A stretch of 64,000 nt of DNA from Candidatus Poribacteria bacterium (GCA_965205015.1 OZ242029.1:3712001-3776000); one strand, 5' to 3'. Shown: positions 29,712 to 39,822, counted from the first letter of the stretch. The notes: generated by a model not told the origin, from the letters alone. Numbers and translations: made by a program.

Positions 29712-30854
29712 CTACTTTATATCCAACCAGTCGTTGAGATCTGCTACAACACCTGCTAATTGGTCCAAGTCCTCTGTCGTTGTGATGACTCTAAACTTCA
29801 CACACCACGTCCCATTCGAGTATATGCCTTGAACATCTCTGCCTGAGAGCCGAAATCGCGTTGATTCCGACAGATCTGGATTCCAATAGGTTGAGTGGCA
29901 GTATCGGACATAGGACCTTGCCTCGGTGACCTCTTGCAAAAAGTGTAAAACAAAAGGGCGGGCTTGGTTGTAGCCGTGTTTGCCCAACTCTGGTTTTTCT
30001 TTTTCACGATTATATGCAGCACGCGGGAGACTTGTCTCCTTCAACACTTGAAAACGGGAACGGAAGGTCTCGTGGAAAATCTGTCCCGTGGCTGAAAGTT
30101 CAAGATAGTCCTCGCCTTCGATTTTCACGCGATTGATCAGTGGTTCAAAGCGTTCATCCCAATCCTCACTGAAATCTTTCCAAGGTTCACAAGCATTAGA
30201 CCGGCTCAGCGCCATAAACATACCGCTTGCACGTTGCCAGAGTGAAAAATCGAGTGCTACTGGCATGGGTGGAAAAGGGATAATCGCATCAAAACGTTCG
30301 TGCTTATAATATACTGGAATGTCAAGGGCTTGCCCCATGAGGACAGCAATCGCGATCTGGGCTTTATACCCGCCTGTTGCATTAATCGCGCATGGCGTAT
30401 AATTCTGTCTTGATTCACGCACCCGTTCACCGAAAAGTTTGGCAAGATTACGCAAACCTTGGGTCCGAAATAGGTTGGGATCATCGTCACGTAAACCCTC
30501 CACACAATGAATTTCTACCTGCCAACCGTCCTGTGTGAAGTAGAAGTGTAAAATCTGAGCGATTGCTGATCCATCACCTGTCTCAGAGTGAAATAGATGA
30601 AGGTAGCCTTTCTCAATAATCCCTTGTTTAAGGAGATCCGTCACAGAGTTAATTTCTGCACCGCAGAGTCGCTCGGTCGGATTGATTTGATGTAGTTGAG
30701 TCGCTACTTCTAACCAATTTTTGTCGGAATACGCCTGAGCCAGGGCAGCACGGATCGGGTCAGTTTGTTTTTCCTTAATAAGATTGGATAGGTTGGGATA
30801 TACCAGACTTGTTCCAATTGTACAGAGGAGTGTGTGGGGTCGTGATTTGGACAT
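29712..30854 (-). CDS. CARF protein of APE2256 type with extra C-terminal domain
   Basis: CTIGTSL, GAEINS, HSETGDG and NATGGYKAQ motifs. Confidence 0.8.
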   Translation of the reverse strand: MSKSRPHTLLCTIGTSLVYPNLSNLIKEKQTDPIRAALAQAYSDKNWLEVATQLHQINPTERLCGAEINSVTDLLKQGIIEKGYLHLFHSETGDGSAIAQILHFYFTQDGWQVEIHCVEGLRDDDPNLFRTQGLRNLAKLFGERVRESRQNYTPCAINATGGYKAQIAIAVLMGQALDIPVYYKHERFDAIIPFPPMPVALDFSLWQRASGMFMALSRSNACEPWKDFSEDWDERFEPLINRVKIEGEDYLELSATGQIFHETFRSRFQVLKETSLPRAAYNREKEKPELGKHGYNQARPFVLHFLQEVTEARSYVRYCHSTYWNPDLSESTRFRLSGRDVQGIYSNGTWCVKFRVITTTEDLDQLAGVVADLNDWLDIK

Positions 30855-30897
30855 TAAATATTCCTATATTTACTATATCATTGCTTATTTTCGTCGG

Positions 30898-32229
30898 TCA
30901 GTTTAGTTCCTTTAATAATTTATTCCAAAAATTCTGAACGCTCTGAAGAGATGTAGGAGACTCGTCAAGTGCATCTATCCGCATTGCATGATGATGCCAT
31001 GCATTGCGTAATTCTTCCGTCAGTTGATTCCAGAAATTACCAAATCCTTCCGGCACCGATGATATAGGTGTGGATGTGGATACCTCCCCTCTTGCAGCAG
31101 CTCCGATAGCACCGAGTTCTTTGCTATACCATTCCCGCACATCAAGTTCCAACCAATTCTGAATATCCTTACAATTGTCTGATTTCCAAATTACCCAAGA
31201 GACCACCCACTCCCGCATCAAACCGACTGCCAGTGAAAGTTGATCTCGTTCCAGATACAAATTGATCATATAAGCCTGACGCTTTAACTCATCTTCATTC
31301 AAAGGGATCTCCTCTTTCCATTTTCCTTTACGCGGCGGAGATTCTTCAAAAGCTAATTGTTCTGTCGCGCTGGTGATGCTCTTGGTGAGTTCGCCAACAA
31401 GGGGTGGGAGACTGGGACTGTCTATTGTGGGAAGTGCTTGAACTGAATCTATGAGCCCTCTACTGGCTTTTTCCAATTCTAAAGGCAAGGCAGACTCATA
31501 AGCAAACGCATACTTTTCGAGCCACTTAACAGAACTCCTGACCTGTGTGGCCTGTTCCGAACGTTCTTCCCCCGCATCCTTCTTACCTTCCTTAAATAAT
31601 TGTCCAGTTTCTTGACGTAGCACCGCCGCTAATGGCTGGAGGAGACCCGCTATGGGCTTTGTCGTGCCCTGATCGCGGAACATCCGAACTGCATAGAACC
31701 ATTCTGGTAATTCCAGGAGTGGCTGTAGGTCAATGATGGGTTTGGGTTCATCTGGCGGTATCCCTTCAAACATACCGTAGTAGGCACCGCGGATATTGAC
31801 GCCACGAAGCGATGTAAGGTAGAGCACCAAGGCATAGAAGATAAAAGGAAAGTGTCGGAACCCCTGTGTGACATCGAGCGTTAGGTCAGCCCCTTCTGGA
31901 ATCCTATTAGCAACGGACTCAAGAATCTGACGAATTTCGTCGGTGCTGCTTCCGTCAGGGATCTCAATTAACTCGGGACTTAGTTTAAGGGTTCTACAGA
32001 TTTCTGCTCGAAAAAGCTGCCATGTTTCACGCTTAGCCCCTTGCGTAACCACCGCGACAACATGGTTGGGCAACTGGGATTCCTCAAGTAGTTTTACCAA
32101 TGCCAATGGCGTGAGGTCGGTCTTGACTGTTCGTCCATTCCATCGATACTCTGTTTCAGTCGCTCGCATTCCGAGGCTGGTCAGTAAAATATGTTCTTTA
32201 CCTGACGATTCGTAGATTGCCTTCTTCAT
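30898..32229 (-). CDS. csx1: Csx1/Csm6-like CARF-HEPN ribonuclease (TM1812 family)
   Basis: LLTSLG, LDVTQGFRHFP CARF motif, C-terminal RNAWHH (RxxxxH) HEPN motif. Confidence 0.85.
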   Translation of the reverse strand: MKKAIYESSGKEHILLTSLGMRATETEYRWNGRTVKTDLTPLALVKLLEESQLPNHVVAVVTQGAKRETWQLFRAEICRTLKLSPELIEIPDGSSTDEIRQILESVANRIPEGADLTLDVTQGFRHFPFIFYALVLYLTSLRGVNIRGAYYGMFEGIPPDEPKPIIDLQPLLELPEWFYAVRMFRDQGTTKPIAGLLQPLAAVLRQETGQLFKEGKKDAGEERSEQATQVRSSVKWLEKYAFAYESALPLELEKASRGLIDSVQALPTIDSPSLPPLVGELTKSITSATEQLAFEESPPRKGKWKEEIPLNEDELKRQAYMINLYLERDQLSLAVGLMREWVVSWVIWKSDNCKDIQNWLELDVREWYSKELGAIGAAARGEVSTSTPISSVPEGFGNFWNQLTEELRNAWHHHAMRIDALDESPTSLQSVQNFWNKLLKELN

Positions 32230-32674
32230 AAGAATTGTTTCAATTGTTGTCTCAAACGTTCTGAGGTTTCATCCGTAATAACGTAGCACAATGTGGTTTT
32301 GCTAAAGTTTGAACAGTCTTTAAGAAAGCTCAGGGGTTACCTAAGCAAACGACGTTTGAAAAATCAAGCAAACTATGGTGAGACACATTCATGACTCGTA
32401 TTAGGAGCTAATACAATATCCCTGCATAGCAAGCATAGCATAATTTGATTTATTAAGTCAAATCAAATTTTCAAAAAAGTGCTTAATTGGGGCGAAGAAT
32501 TCTACTGATTTTTTCCGAATTTCAGAGTGATATTTTTATCCACTGTTTGTGGGTTGGTAAAGGGGAGCTGTCAAAAGGTATGGAAATATAGGTTCGACTA
32601 AACTAAAGAAGGGGATCGGAAAAGTGCTACGGGATAGGTTTCCAATCCCTTCAAGCAGGAAAGCACGGGGAAGT

Positions 32675-32760
32675 AGCAGTCGGCAGTCAATTATCAGCAG
32701 CCAGTTATTGGACAGAGTCCCTCTTTAACTAACAACTGATAACCGAAAACTGACAACTAT
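32675..32760. repeat. Heptamer-based palindromic intergenic element at the trailer of array 2
   Basis: Reverse complement ATAGTTGTCAGTTTTCGGTTATCAGTTGTTAGTTAAAGAGGGA closely matches 60112-60154; a related copy abuts array 1 at about 10455-10549. Confidence 0.7.
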
Positions 32761-35545
32761 CACATTCCCTACGAACGGGAAGGTGTATCCAAAGTGGATC
32801 ATCGTTGACCGGTTTCGGAGGTAAATATTGGTTTCAATTCCCTACGAGTGGGAAGGTGTATCCAAAGCGAATACATTATGCGGACTTAATAGTAAGAATT
32901 AATTCGTTTCAATTCCCTACGAGTGGGAAGGTGTATCCAAAGCATTATCAGAAGTGGAGTTTATCCAGAATGATGTGTTTCAATTCCCTACGAACGGGAA
33001 GGTGTATCCAAAGCATTCAAGGATGGCGATGAGGTCCGAAGGATAGAAAGAGTTTCAATTCCCTACGAGCGGGAAGGTGTATCCAAAGTGTTGGTGTGTC
33101 GGAAAGTGTCTCTGATATGGAGATACAGTTTCAATTCCCTACGAGCGGGAAGGTGTATCCAAAGCCTAATCCTCTATTGCCACGACAACAACATCGAATT
33201 CAGTTTCAATTCCCTACGAGCGGGAAGGTGTATCCAAAGCAAAAACTTCACAACGGGGCAGTTATTGAGAATTATTTTGTTTCAATTCCCTACGAGCGGG
33301 AAGGTGTATCCAAAGCAAATACAGGATGTGGCACAGGGCAGACAACCAATGTTTCAATTCCCTACGAGCGGGAAGGTGTATCCAAAGTAAGTATCGTGGC
33401 GGACAGCAGTGGTATTACTTGTTTCAATTCCCTACGAGCGGGAAGGTGTATCCAAAGTTAAAAACGCAGACGCAGGAAGTCAATGAAAAATCCAGTTTCA
33501 ATTCCCTACGAGCGGGAAGGTGTATCCAAAGTTGCCAACAGGACATCACAGCCCTCGGTAAACACATGTTTCAATTCCCTACGAGCGGGAAGGTGTATCC
33601 AAAGGCGATGTGCTTCTCAGGTTAGCGATTGAGCCAGTGTTTCAATTCCCTACGAGCGGGAAGGTGTATCCAAAGAAACAATGAAAGCAATACCGTCATC
33701 GCGGTTGGAAAGCTGTTTCAATTCCCTACGAGCGGGAAGGTGTATCCAAAGAATAAGATTGGAGATTGCGCTGCAAGGGCATTTACGTTTCAATTCCCTA
33801 CGAGCGGGAAGGTGTATCCAAAGCTTGCTATCGACGCTACCGTCTCCATTGACATCATGTTTCAATTCCCTACGAGCGGGAAGGTGTATCCAAAGATACC
33901 GAAGTCCTAACAGTTGGCCTTGACTATCCAGTCCAGTTTCAATTCCCTACGAGCGGGAAGGTGTATCCAAAGCCGATCGACATCTCGGAGCAGATCGCAC
34001 CGCTCTTTGAGTTTCAATTCCCTACGAGCGGGAAGGTGTATCCAAAGGAGCCGTAGAAGGGTACAAAGACGCGATTGTCTACGTTTCAATTCCCTACGAG
34101 CGGGAAGGTGTATCCAAAGTCTCAAGCAAGCGGGCTCAACGGCGTGCAGATTGGAAAAAGTTTCAATTCCCTACGAGCGGGAAGGTGTATCCAAAGATAG
34201 GTTGAAGGGTGTACCTTAAAAAACCCTTATGTGTAGGAGTTTCAATTCCCTACGAGCGGGAAGGTGTATCCAAAAATGTTGGCTCACCGTGCAATGACCG
34301 ATGACACCCACTTGTTTCAATTCCCTACGAGCGGGAAGGTGTATCCAAAGATTTATATCTAATTTTTGCCGAACTCTTAGCATTTGAGTTTCAATTCCCT
34401 ACGAGCGGGAAGGTGTATCCAAAGGAATTAAAAAAAGCACCAACTCAGCCAAAATTCTTGTTTCAATTCCCTACGAGCGGGAAGGTGTATCCAAAGCACT
34501 GTCAAAGAGGTGGAGGTTTTACCTTACTATCGGTTTCAATTCCCTACGAGCGGGAAGGTGTATCCAAAGCTTTTTCATTCCTCTGTTGGAGGAAACCATG
34601 AAAAAGGGTTTCAATTCCCTACGAGCGGGAAGGTGTATCCAAAGATCTGAACATGGTGAGGAAGGGTGTTCAAGTCCTGAATGTGGGTTTCAATTCCCTA
34701 CGAGCGGGAAGGTGTATCCAAAGGGGATAAGTATCAGGATAACATCAAGAAACAGGAAATGGTTTCAATTCCCTACGAGCGGGAAGGTGTATCCAAAGGT
34801 GAACCATGATGATGAATTCGCCCTTTCGTGGGCAAACAGTTTCAATTCCCTACGAGCGGGAAGGTGTATCCAAAGACGAGATCGATGACTCTGATGACGA
34901 TGCGGATGACGCTGAGAGTTTCAATTCCCTACGAGCGGGAAGGTGTATCCAAAGATGGCAACCGACATACTAACAGGCATGAACGCAGAGTTTCAATTCC
35001 CTACGAGCGGGAAGGTGTATCCAAAGGCACTCGTCGTCGGTTCTTCATCAATAAACCAGTGCTGTGTTTCAATTCCCTACGAGCGGGAAGGTGTATCCAA
35101 AGAAGACCTTGACACAACCTTAATGGCAGTCACAGCAAGTTTCAATTCCCTACGAGCGGGAAGGTGTATCCAAAGTAGGCGTGAATTGTGCGTGTATCCG
35201 CTCGATGTTACCTGTGTTTCAATTCCCTACGAGCGGGAAGGTGTATCCAAAGATGGCATGTCTGACGACTTGCATGAGACGGATGAGTTTCAATTCCCTA
35301 CGAGCGGGAAGGTGTATCCAAAGTTTTGACAGCGAAACGCACGAGGATCGGCTTGAAGTTTCAATTCCCTACGAGCGGGAAGGTGTATCCAAAGTGAAGA
35401 TTGGGCAGCGGCACGGGAACAGTTTAGCAAGTTGAGTTTCAATTCCCTACGAGCGGGAAGGTGTATCCAAAGTTACATGTTCAGAACATTCACACATCGT
35501 TGTTCGAGGTTTCAATTCCCTACGAGCGGGAAGGTGTATCCAAAG
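32758..35545 (-). CRISPR. CRISPR array 2, 38 repeats / 37 spacers
   Basis: 37-bp repeat GTTTCAATTCCCTACGAGCGGGAAGGTGTATCCAAAG; degenerate terminal repeat at 32758. Confidence 0.98.
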
Positions 35546-35815
35546 AGACCCTATTTTGCACCCAGTCGGGGCGTGGCTCCGGATACCCCAAAACCAAACG
35601 CGAACTGCGCGGGGCTTTTTTTGCGCAAAAATTTCTCCCTAAAATCCCACGAACCCTTATGAACATTGACCCAAACGCGATTTTTCAACAAAAAAGGTTC
35701 GGAAGCAAGGCACTATCTATGTTCTTGGGCAATTTGTGTGGCATTCCCCCCTGATAGGGGAATCGCGTTTGTTTTTATAAGTATACGCGAAATTTGTTAA
35801 AATGTCAAGAAAAAA
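35546..35815 (-). promoter_or_regulatory. CRISPR leader 2 with promoter
   Basis: Paralogous to leader 1; minus-strand TTGACA(35808-35803)-17 nt-TATACT(35785-35780). Confidence 0.85.
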
Positions 35816-35838
35816 TTTATCCAGAGTTTTCAGAAGTC

Positions 35839-36073
35839 GGGATTCGGAGATCCCGCCTCCCAGAGTTCCAAACGTTCTTCACCTGTTTTGAACCCACGTT
35901 GCTACTTACAGGATTTTCGCTGTGAATCTGCATTTTTGTATCGTTTCCCGTGCGTTTTCGGACGCACAGGAAACCCAGACGCACAGTCTATGCTACAAAG
36001 ATGGCATCTCGCGTTATTTTGCTTGACACGAATTGATTTCTCATCTATTTTATTGTTAGTTTTCAGTTATCGG
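35839..36073 (+). repeat. Right copy of the island-flanking direct repeat, containing the promoter of ORF 36113
   Basis: Similar to 10146-10250 with a ~125-bp insertion; TTGACA-17 nt-TATTTT at 36023-36051. Confidence 0.65.
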
Positions 36074-36112
36074 TGAGTGGTTGCAAAACTGGACGAGGGA
36101 GGTTATACATAG

Positions 36113-36910
36113 ATGGGAATTTTATCGAAGGATCAGCGTAAACAGTGGAGGACAGAGGGATACTTCGTTTTGAAAGGGGTGCTCTCTCCTGAAGAAGTCC
36201 AAGCGTTGAGAGCAACAGTAGACGCAATGGATGCGGCGTTTCGGAAAGGTGAGAATGTCACCGCCGATTCCCTTTTTGACAAGCGGAATGTGATGGAAGA
36301 CAACGATATTTTCGTTGATCTGATGGACCATCCCGTGACGTTTCCGATTGTGCGGGAGTTGTTGGGCGACTACATCCAGCTGAGTATGTCGGAGGTGATC
36401 GTGCGTCCGCCGAACCCGAAAGACCAAGGGTATCTGCACACGGACGGCGGTCAAGCGATGCGAACCATTCGGGTCAGCAAATCGAGTTCACCGCTACAAG
36501 TGAAAATCCATTATTTTTTAACAGATCTTGAGGATCCCGATAGTGGTAACTTCACTGTTGTGCCGGGAAGCCATAATCGGACGTTTCCAGAGACGGGTGT
36601 CAAGGATGGTCCCTATATCCCTGAAGCCGTGCAGTTATGTGTGAAAGCAGGGGATGCCGCCGTTTTTCCGCATGCGTTATGGCATGGGGTTGTCGCCAAC
36701 CGCTCGGAACAAGCCCGAAAAACGCTTATCTACTGCTACAGCCATCACTGCTTCCGTCCGTTTGACTACGAAAAAGCGTCCCCCGAACTGATGGAGCGAT
36801 GCACGCCACGTCAGCGCAGGTTAATCGGGGACATCGGGGATTGGAGACCGGGATCTTATTTTTATTCGCCGGGTGATCAGGAAAAGTTAATCAGTGGGTT
36901 GGAAGAATAG
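36113..36910 (+). CDS. Phytanoyl-CoA dioxygenase (PhyH) family protein
   Basis: GYFVLKGVL, LHTD, VVPGSH, AGDA...LWHG..AN.S...RKT. Confidence 0.9.
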   Translation: MGILSKDQRKQWRTEGYFVLKGVLSPEEVQALRATVDAMDAAFRKGENVTADSLFDKRNVMEDNDIFVDLMDHPVTFPIVRELLGDYIQLSMSEVIVRPPNPKDQGYLHTDGGQAMRTIRVSKSSSPLQVKIHYFLTDLEDPDSGNFTVVPGSHNRTFPETGVKDGPYIPEAVQLCVKAGDAAVFPHALWHGVVANRSEQARKTLIYCYSHHCFRPFDYEKASPELMERCTPRQRRLIGDIGDWRPGSYFYSPGDQEKLISGLEE

Positions 36911-37090
36911 CACTCAGCGATTAGCAGTCGGCTATCAGTAAGAGTCAGGAAACGGAGTTCCGTCCTACAGGAATGATGTTGGTTGTATTGAGTGGAATTG
37001 GGAACGCTAACGGGCTTAGGACGCAAACTAACAGTTTGCGCTACAAGACGGTCGGGAAACAGGGGGTAGGCCTACAGCAGAGCGAATATT

Positions 37091-37528
37091 TTAGTCGATT
37101 TCGATAACGACGTACTGTTGTTCGACGGTAACTGGAAAGGTATCGGCGACATAAGGACCTTTTTCCGCTCCGGAATTGGATGCCTCGATATTCTCGCCGC
37201 TCTCGACTTGGACCTCGTATTTTCTGACGCGTCGTTGGGCGGGACTCCACCAGGATTGTCCTGTTTTGATGTCGAATTCCCAACTGTGCCATGGGCATCG
37301 GAGAATTTCACCGTGGCGGGTATAGTTATAGGTGCCCGGCGCGGAAGACTCTAAAAATCCAGTGACCAGCCCACTGCACAAGGGACCGCCTTGGTGTGGG
37401 CAGCTATTGCGGATAGCGAAGTACTCGCCATCAATATTAAAGACACCGATGGAGCGTCCGCCGATTTCGACGATTTTGCGTTCACCGGGGGGAATTTCGT
37501 CTGGGGTTGCTACTACGTATTTAGGCAT
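37091..37528 (-). CDS. Rieske [2Fe-2S] ferredoxin
   Basis: CPHQG and CPWH motifs. Confidence 0.92.
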   Translation of the reverse strand: MPKYVVATPDEIPPGERKIVEIGGRSIGVFNIDGEYFAIRNSCPHQGGPLCSGLVTGFLESSAPGTYNYTRHGEILRCPWHSWEFDIKTGQSWWSPAQRRVRKYEVQVESGENIEASNSGAEKGPYVADTFPVTVEQQYVVIEID

Positions 37529-37608
37529 TTAGGTATTGGTTATCAGTTGTCGGTTATCAGTAGGCGAGGTTGGGAAACCTCGCCTATCCATTTTAAAGGG
37601 AAATTGCC

Positions 37609-38685
37609 CTATAGTTTATCGAATGCGTAGAGTTCGCGGGCGTTGTCCGCTAAGATCTTGCGACGCAGTTCCGGTTTCAGGAAGCTGGGTAAAGCACGGT
37701 CAGGCGCATCGAAATCCCAATGCGGGTAATCGGTAGCGAACATGAGTTTGTCGTCCATGTCCATCTGCTCAAGCATCTGCTCGAAATACTCGCGTTTCGG
37801 TGGCTCTTCCATGGGTTGTGTGCTGAGCCAGAAATGATCTCGGATGTATTCCGAGGGTTTCCGTTTAAGGTCAGGCACTTCCACACGCAACTTCTCCCAT
37901 GTCGCATCAAGTCGCCAGATAAGCGGGGGAAGCCATGCGAATCCCCCTTCAATGAGAACAATCTTCAGCGTCGGGAAACGCTCAAACACGCCTTCCATGA
38001 CAAAACTAATGACTTGGGTATGGAAGGCTTGCGGCATACCGCCATGGTCTTCAATGTAATAGGAGGGCCATCCGGCACCTGTAATGGGACCCTGATTGCC
38101 TCCGAAGTGGATAGCGATAGGTAAGTCATACTCACAGGCGGCTTCGTACATTTTCCAGTATCTTCGATTTCCAAGCGGATCCCTCGTCCGTGCGAGGAGC
38201 AAGAGTTGAACAAACGCTGGGTTGGGACCGCAGCGGTGGACCTCCTCAGCCGCAAGATCTCCATCCTCATAAGGAGGAACAATAGAGGCGCGCAAGCGTG
38301 GGTCAACTTCCACCCAATCGGCGACCTGCCAATCGTTGACTGCCCGTGCGAGTGCATCACCAAATTCAAGATTCAGCTGTTCACCAACAGGCATAAGCGG
38401 GGTAAGCACGCCATACTCAATATCGAATGCGTCCAACAATTGCTCCTGCATGAACCCCAAATCTGCCCCCGGAGCGAGTCCTGAGGGGGGCCATGCGTCC
38501 CGTCGTGCGGCGTTCAGGAGTGCACGTGGATAATAGCCGCCGATGCGGCCGCGGAGCCCGAAAGTCTTGTAGTGCTCCTGCCATCGCTCGGATAGGTAAG
38601 GGGACAATCCGCCGGGGGGAACAGAATTGTGGATGTCGCAATCAATAACTGGGAATTTGGAACGTTTCGTCGTTGTGTTTTTCAT
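37609..38685 (-). CDS. Amidohydrolase_2-fold protein (possible dinuclear oxygenase subunit)
   Basis: IDCDIH, EGVFERFP, IEGGFAW, TQPMEEP, FATDYPHWD. Confidence 0.85.
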   Translation of the reverse strand: MKNTTTKRSKFPVIDCDIHNSVPPGGLSPYLSERWQEHYKTFGLRGRIGGYYPRALLNAARRDAWPPSGLAPGADLGFMQEQLLDAFDIEYGVLTPLMPVGEQLNLEFGDALARAVNDWQVADWVEVDPRLRASIVPPYEDGDLAAEEVHRCGPNPAFVQLLLLARTRDPLGNRRYWKMYEAACEYDLPIAIHFGGNQGPITGAGWPSYYIEDHGGMPQAFHTQVISFVMEGVFERFPTLKIVLIEGGFAWLPPLIWRLDATWEKLRVEVPDLKRKPSEYIRDHFWLSTQPMEEPPKREYFEQMLEQMDMDDKLMFATDYPHWDFDAPDRALPSFLKPELRRKILADNARELYAFDKL

Positions 38686-38723
38686 TGCGTTTTTCTCCAA
38701 AAGACTTAAAAAGTGAAGACAGA

Positions 38724-39794
38724 CTAAAGTTGATAAAAGGCACGTGCGTTCTCGTGTAGAATTTTACGAGCGAGTGTGCCCGGTAATTCTGTCGGGAAAG
38801 CATCGTTAGGCGTGTTGAACTGCCAATGCGGATAATCGGTTGAAAACATTAACATCTCATCGGATTCTAATTGCCCGATAATCTGAAGAAGTTGCTTCGG
38901 GGTCGGTGGTGCATCAATAGGTTGTAAAGTGAATCGAATGTGCTTGCGCATGTATTCAGAAGGTGGGCGTTTGACCCATGGGGTGTTGCTTCGCAGGCCT
39001 CGCCACTCTTTATCAATCCGCCACATAACAGCGGGAAGCCATGTAAAACCGCTTTCAATTAGCACGACACGCAGTTCCGGGAACTGATCGAAAATGCCTT
39101 CTGCAACGAGGCTAATCACCTGTGCTTGGAAGACTTGTGTCATCCCGCTATATTCCTCTATAAATGTAGAGGGCCAGCCAGTCGCAGAGGGTTGAGTGCC
39201 CGGAGCACCGCCGTAATGGATGCCAATAGCGAGGTTATTTCGGACGGCGGCTTCGTAAATCGGATGGTAAATGCGGTTCCCATAAGGGGTACGTGAACGG
39301 ACCGGGAGTATCGCTTGAACAAACCCGGGATGACTGCCAACTCTCTCAATTTCCTTCGCCGCGAGATCTGGAAGTTGGCTTGGAATCACAAGGGAAGCCC
39401 GGAGTCGGGGTTCAGGATCAAGCCAGTGTTCTATCTGCCAATCGTTTACCGCCTGTGCGATAGCCTCAGCGAGGTCAGGATTGTGGACGCTTTGCACGCG
39501 ATAGGCACAATTGAGAATACCGTATTCGAGATTCCAAGCATTAAGTAGGTGTTCACGGACATGTTCGAGATCCACATCCCACGGAGACGGTGCATCGGGA
39601 TGCGTCGTTAGCGGTGCCTGACGCGGATAATCATTTGCATCGGGACCCCTAAAGCCGGAGGTACTACAATAGTCGCACCAGAAATCAGACATGTAAGGGA
39701 AAAGCGTCTGTAAGGTTGGGACTTCGTTATGGATGTCGCAGTCGATCGCTTTGATGCCTGCTTGGACGAAATTCGGGGTATCCTTACTTTCCAT
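38724..39794 (-). CDS. Amidohydrolase_2-fold protein (paralogue of the neighbouring gene)
   Basis: IDCDIH, EGIFDQFP, IESGFTW, FSTDYPHW. Confidence 0.85.
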   Translation of the reverse strand: MESKDTPNFVQAGIKAIDCDIHNEVPTLQTLFPYMSDFWCDYCSTSGFRGPDANDYPRQAPLTTHPDAPSPWDVDLEHVREHLLNAWNLEYGILNCAYRVQSVHNPDLAEAIAQAVNDWQIEHWLDPEPRLRASLVIPSQLPDLAAKEIERVGSHPGFVQAILPVRSRTPYGNRIYHPIYEAAVRNNLAIGIHYGGAPGTQPSATGWPSTFIEEYSGMTQVFQAQVISLVAEGIFDQFPELRVVLIESGFTWLPAVMWRIDKEWRGLRSNTPWVKRPPSEYMRKHIRFTLQPIDAPPTPKQLLQIIGQLESDEMLMFSTDYPHWQFNTPNDAFPTELPGTLARKILHENARAFYQL

Positions 39795-39822
39795 CTACGT
39801 CTCCTCGATTTGACACAAACAA

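Noticed and set aside
33752-33763. Spacer start AATAAGATTGGA identical to 30777-30788 in the CARF gene (self-targeting?)
   Set aside because: Only 12 nt match and the rest diverges, which is compatible with chance. No full self-match was noticed, but an exhaustive search was not possible.
32805-35754. ORFs with repeated FQFPTSGKVYPK / FNSLRAGRCIQS peptides
   Set aside because: Translations of CRISPR array 2 repeats, not genes.
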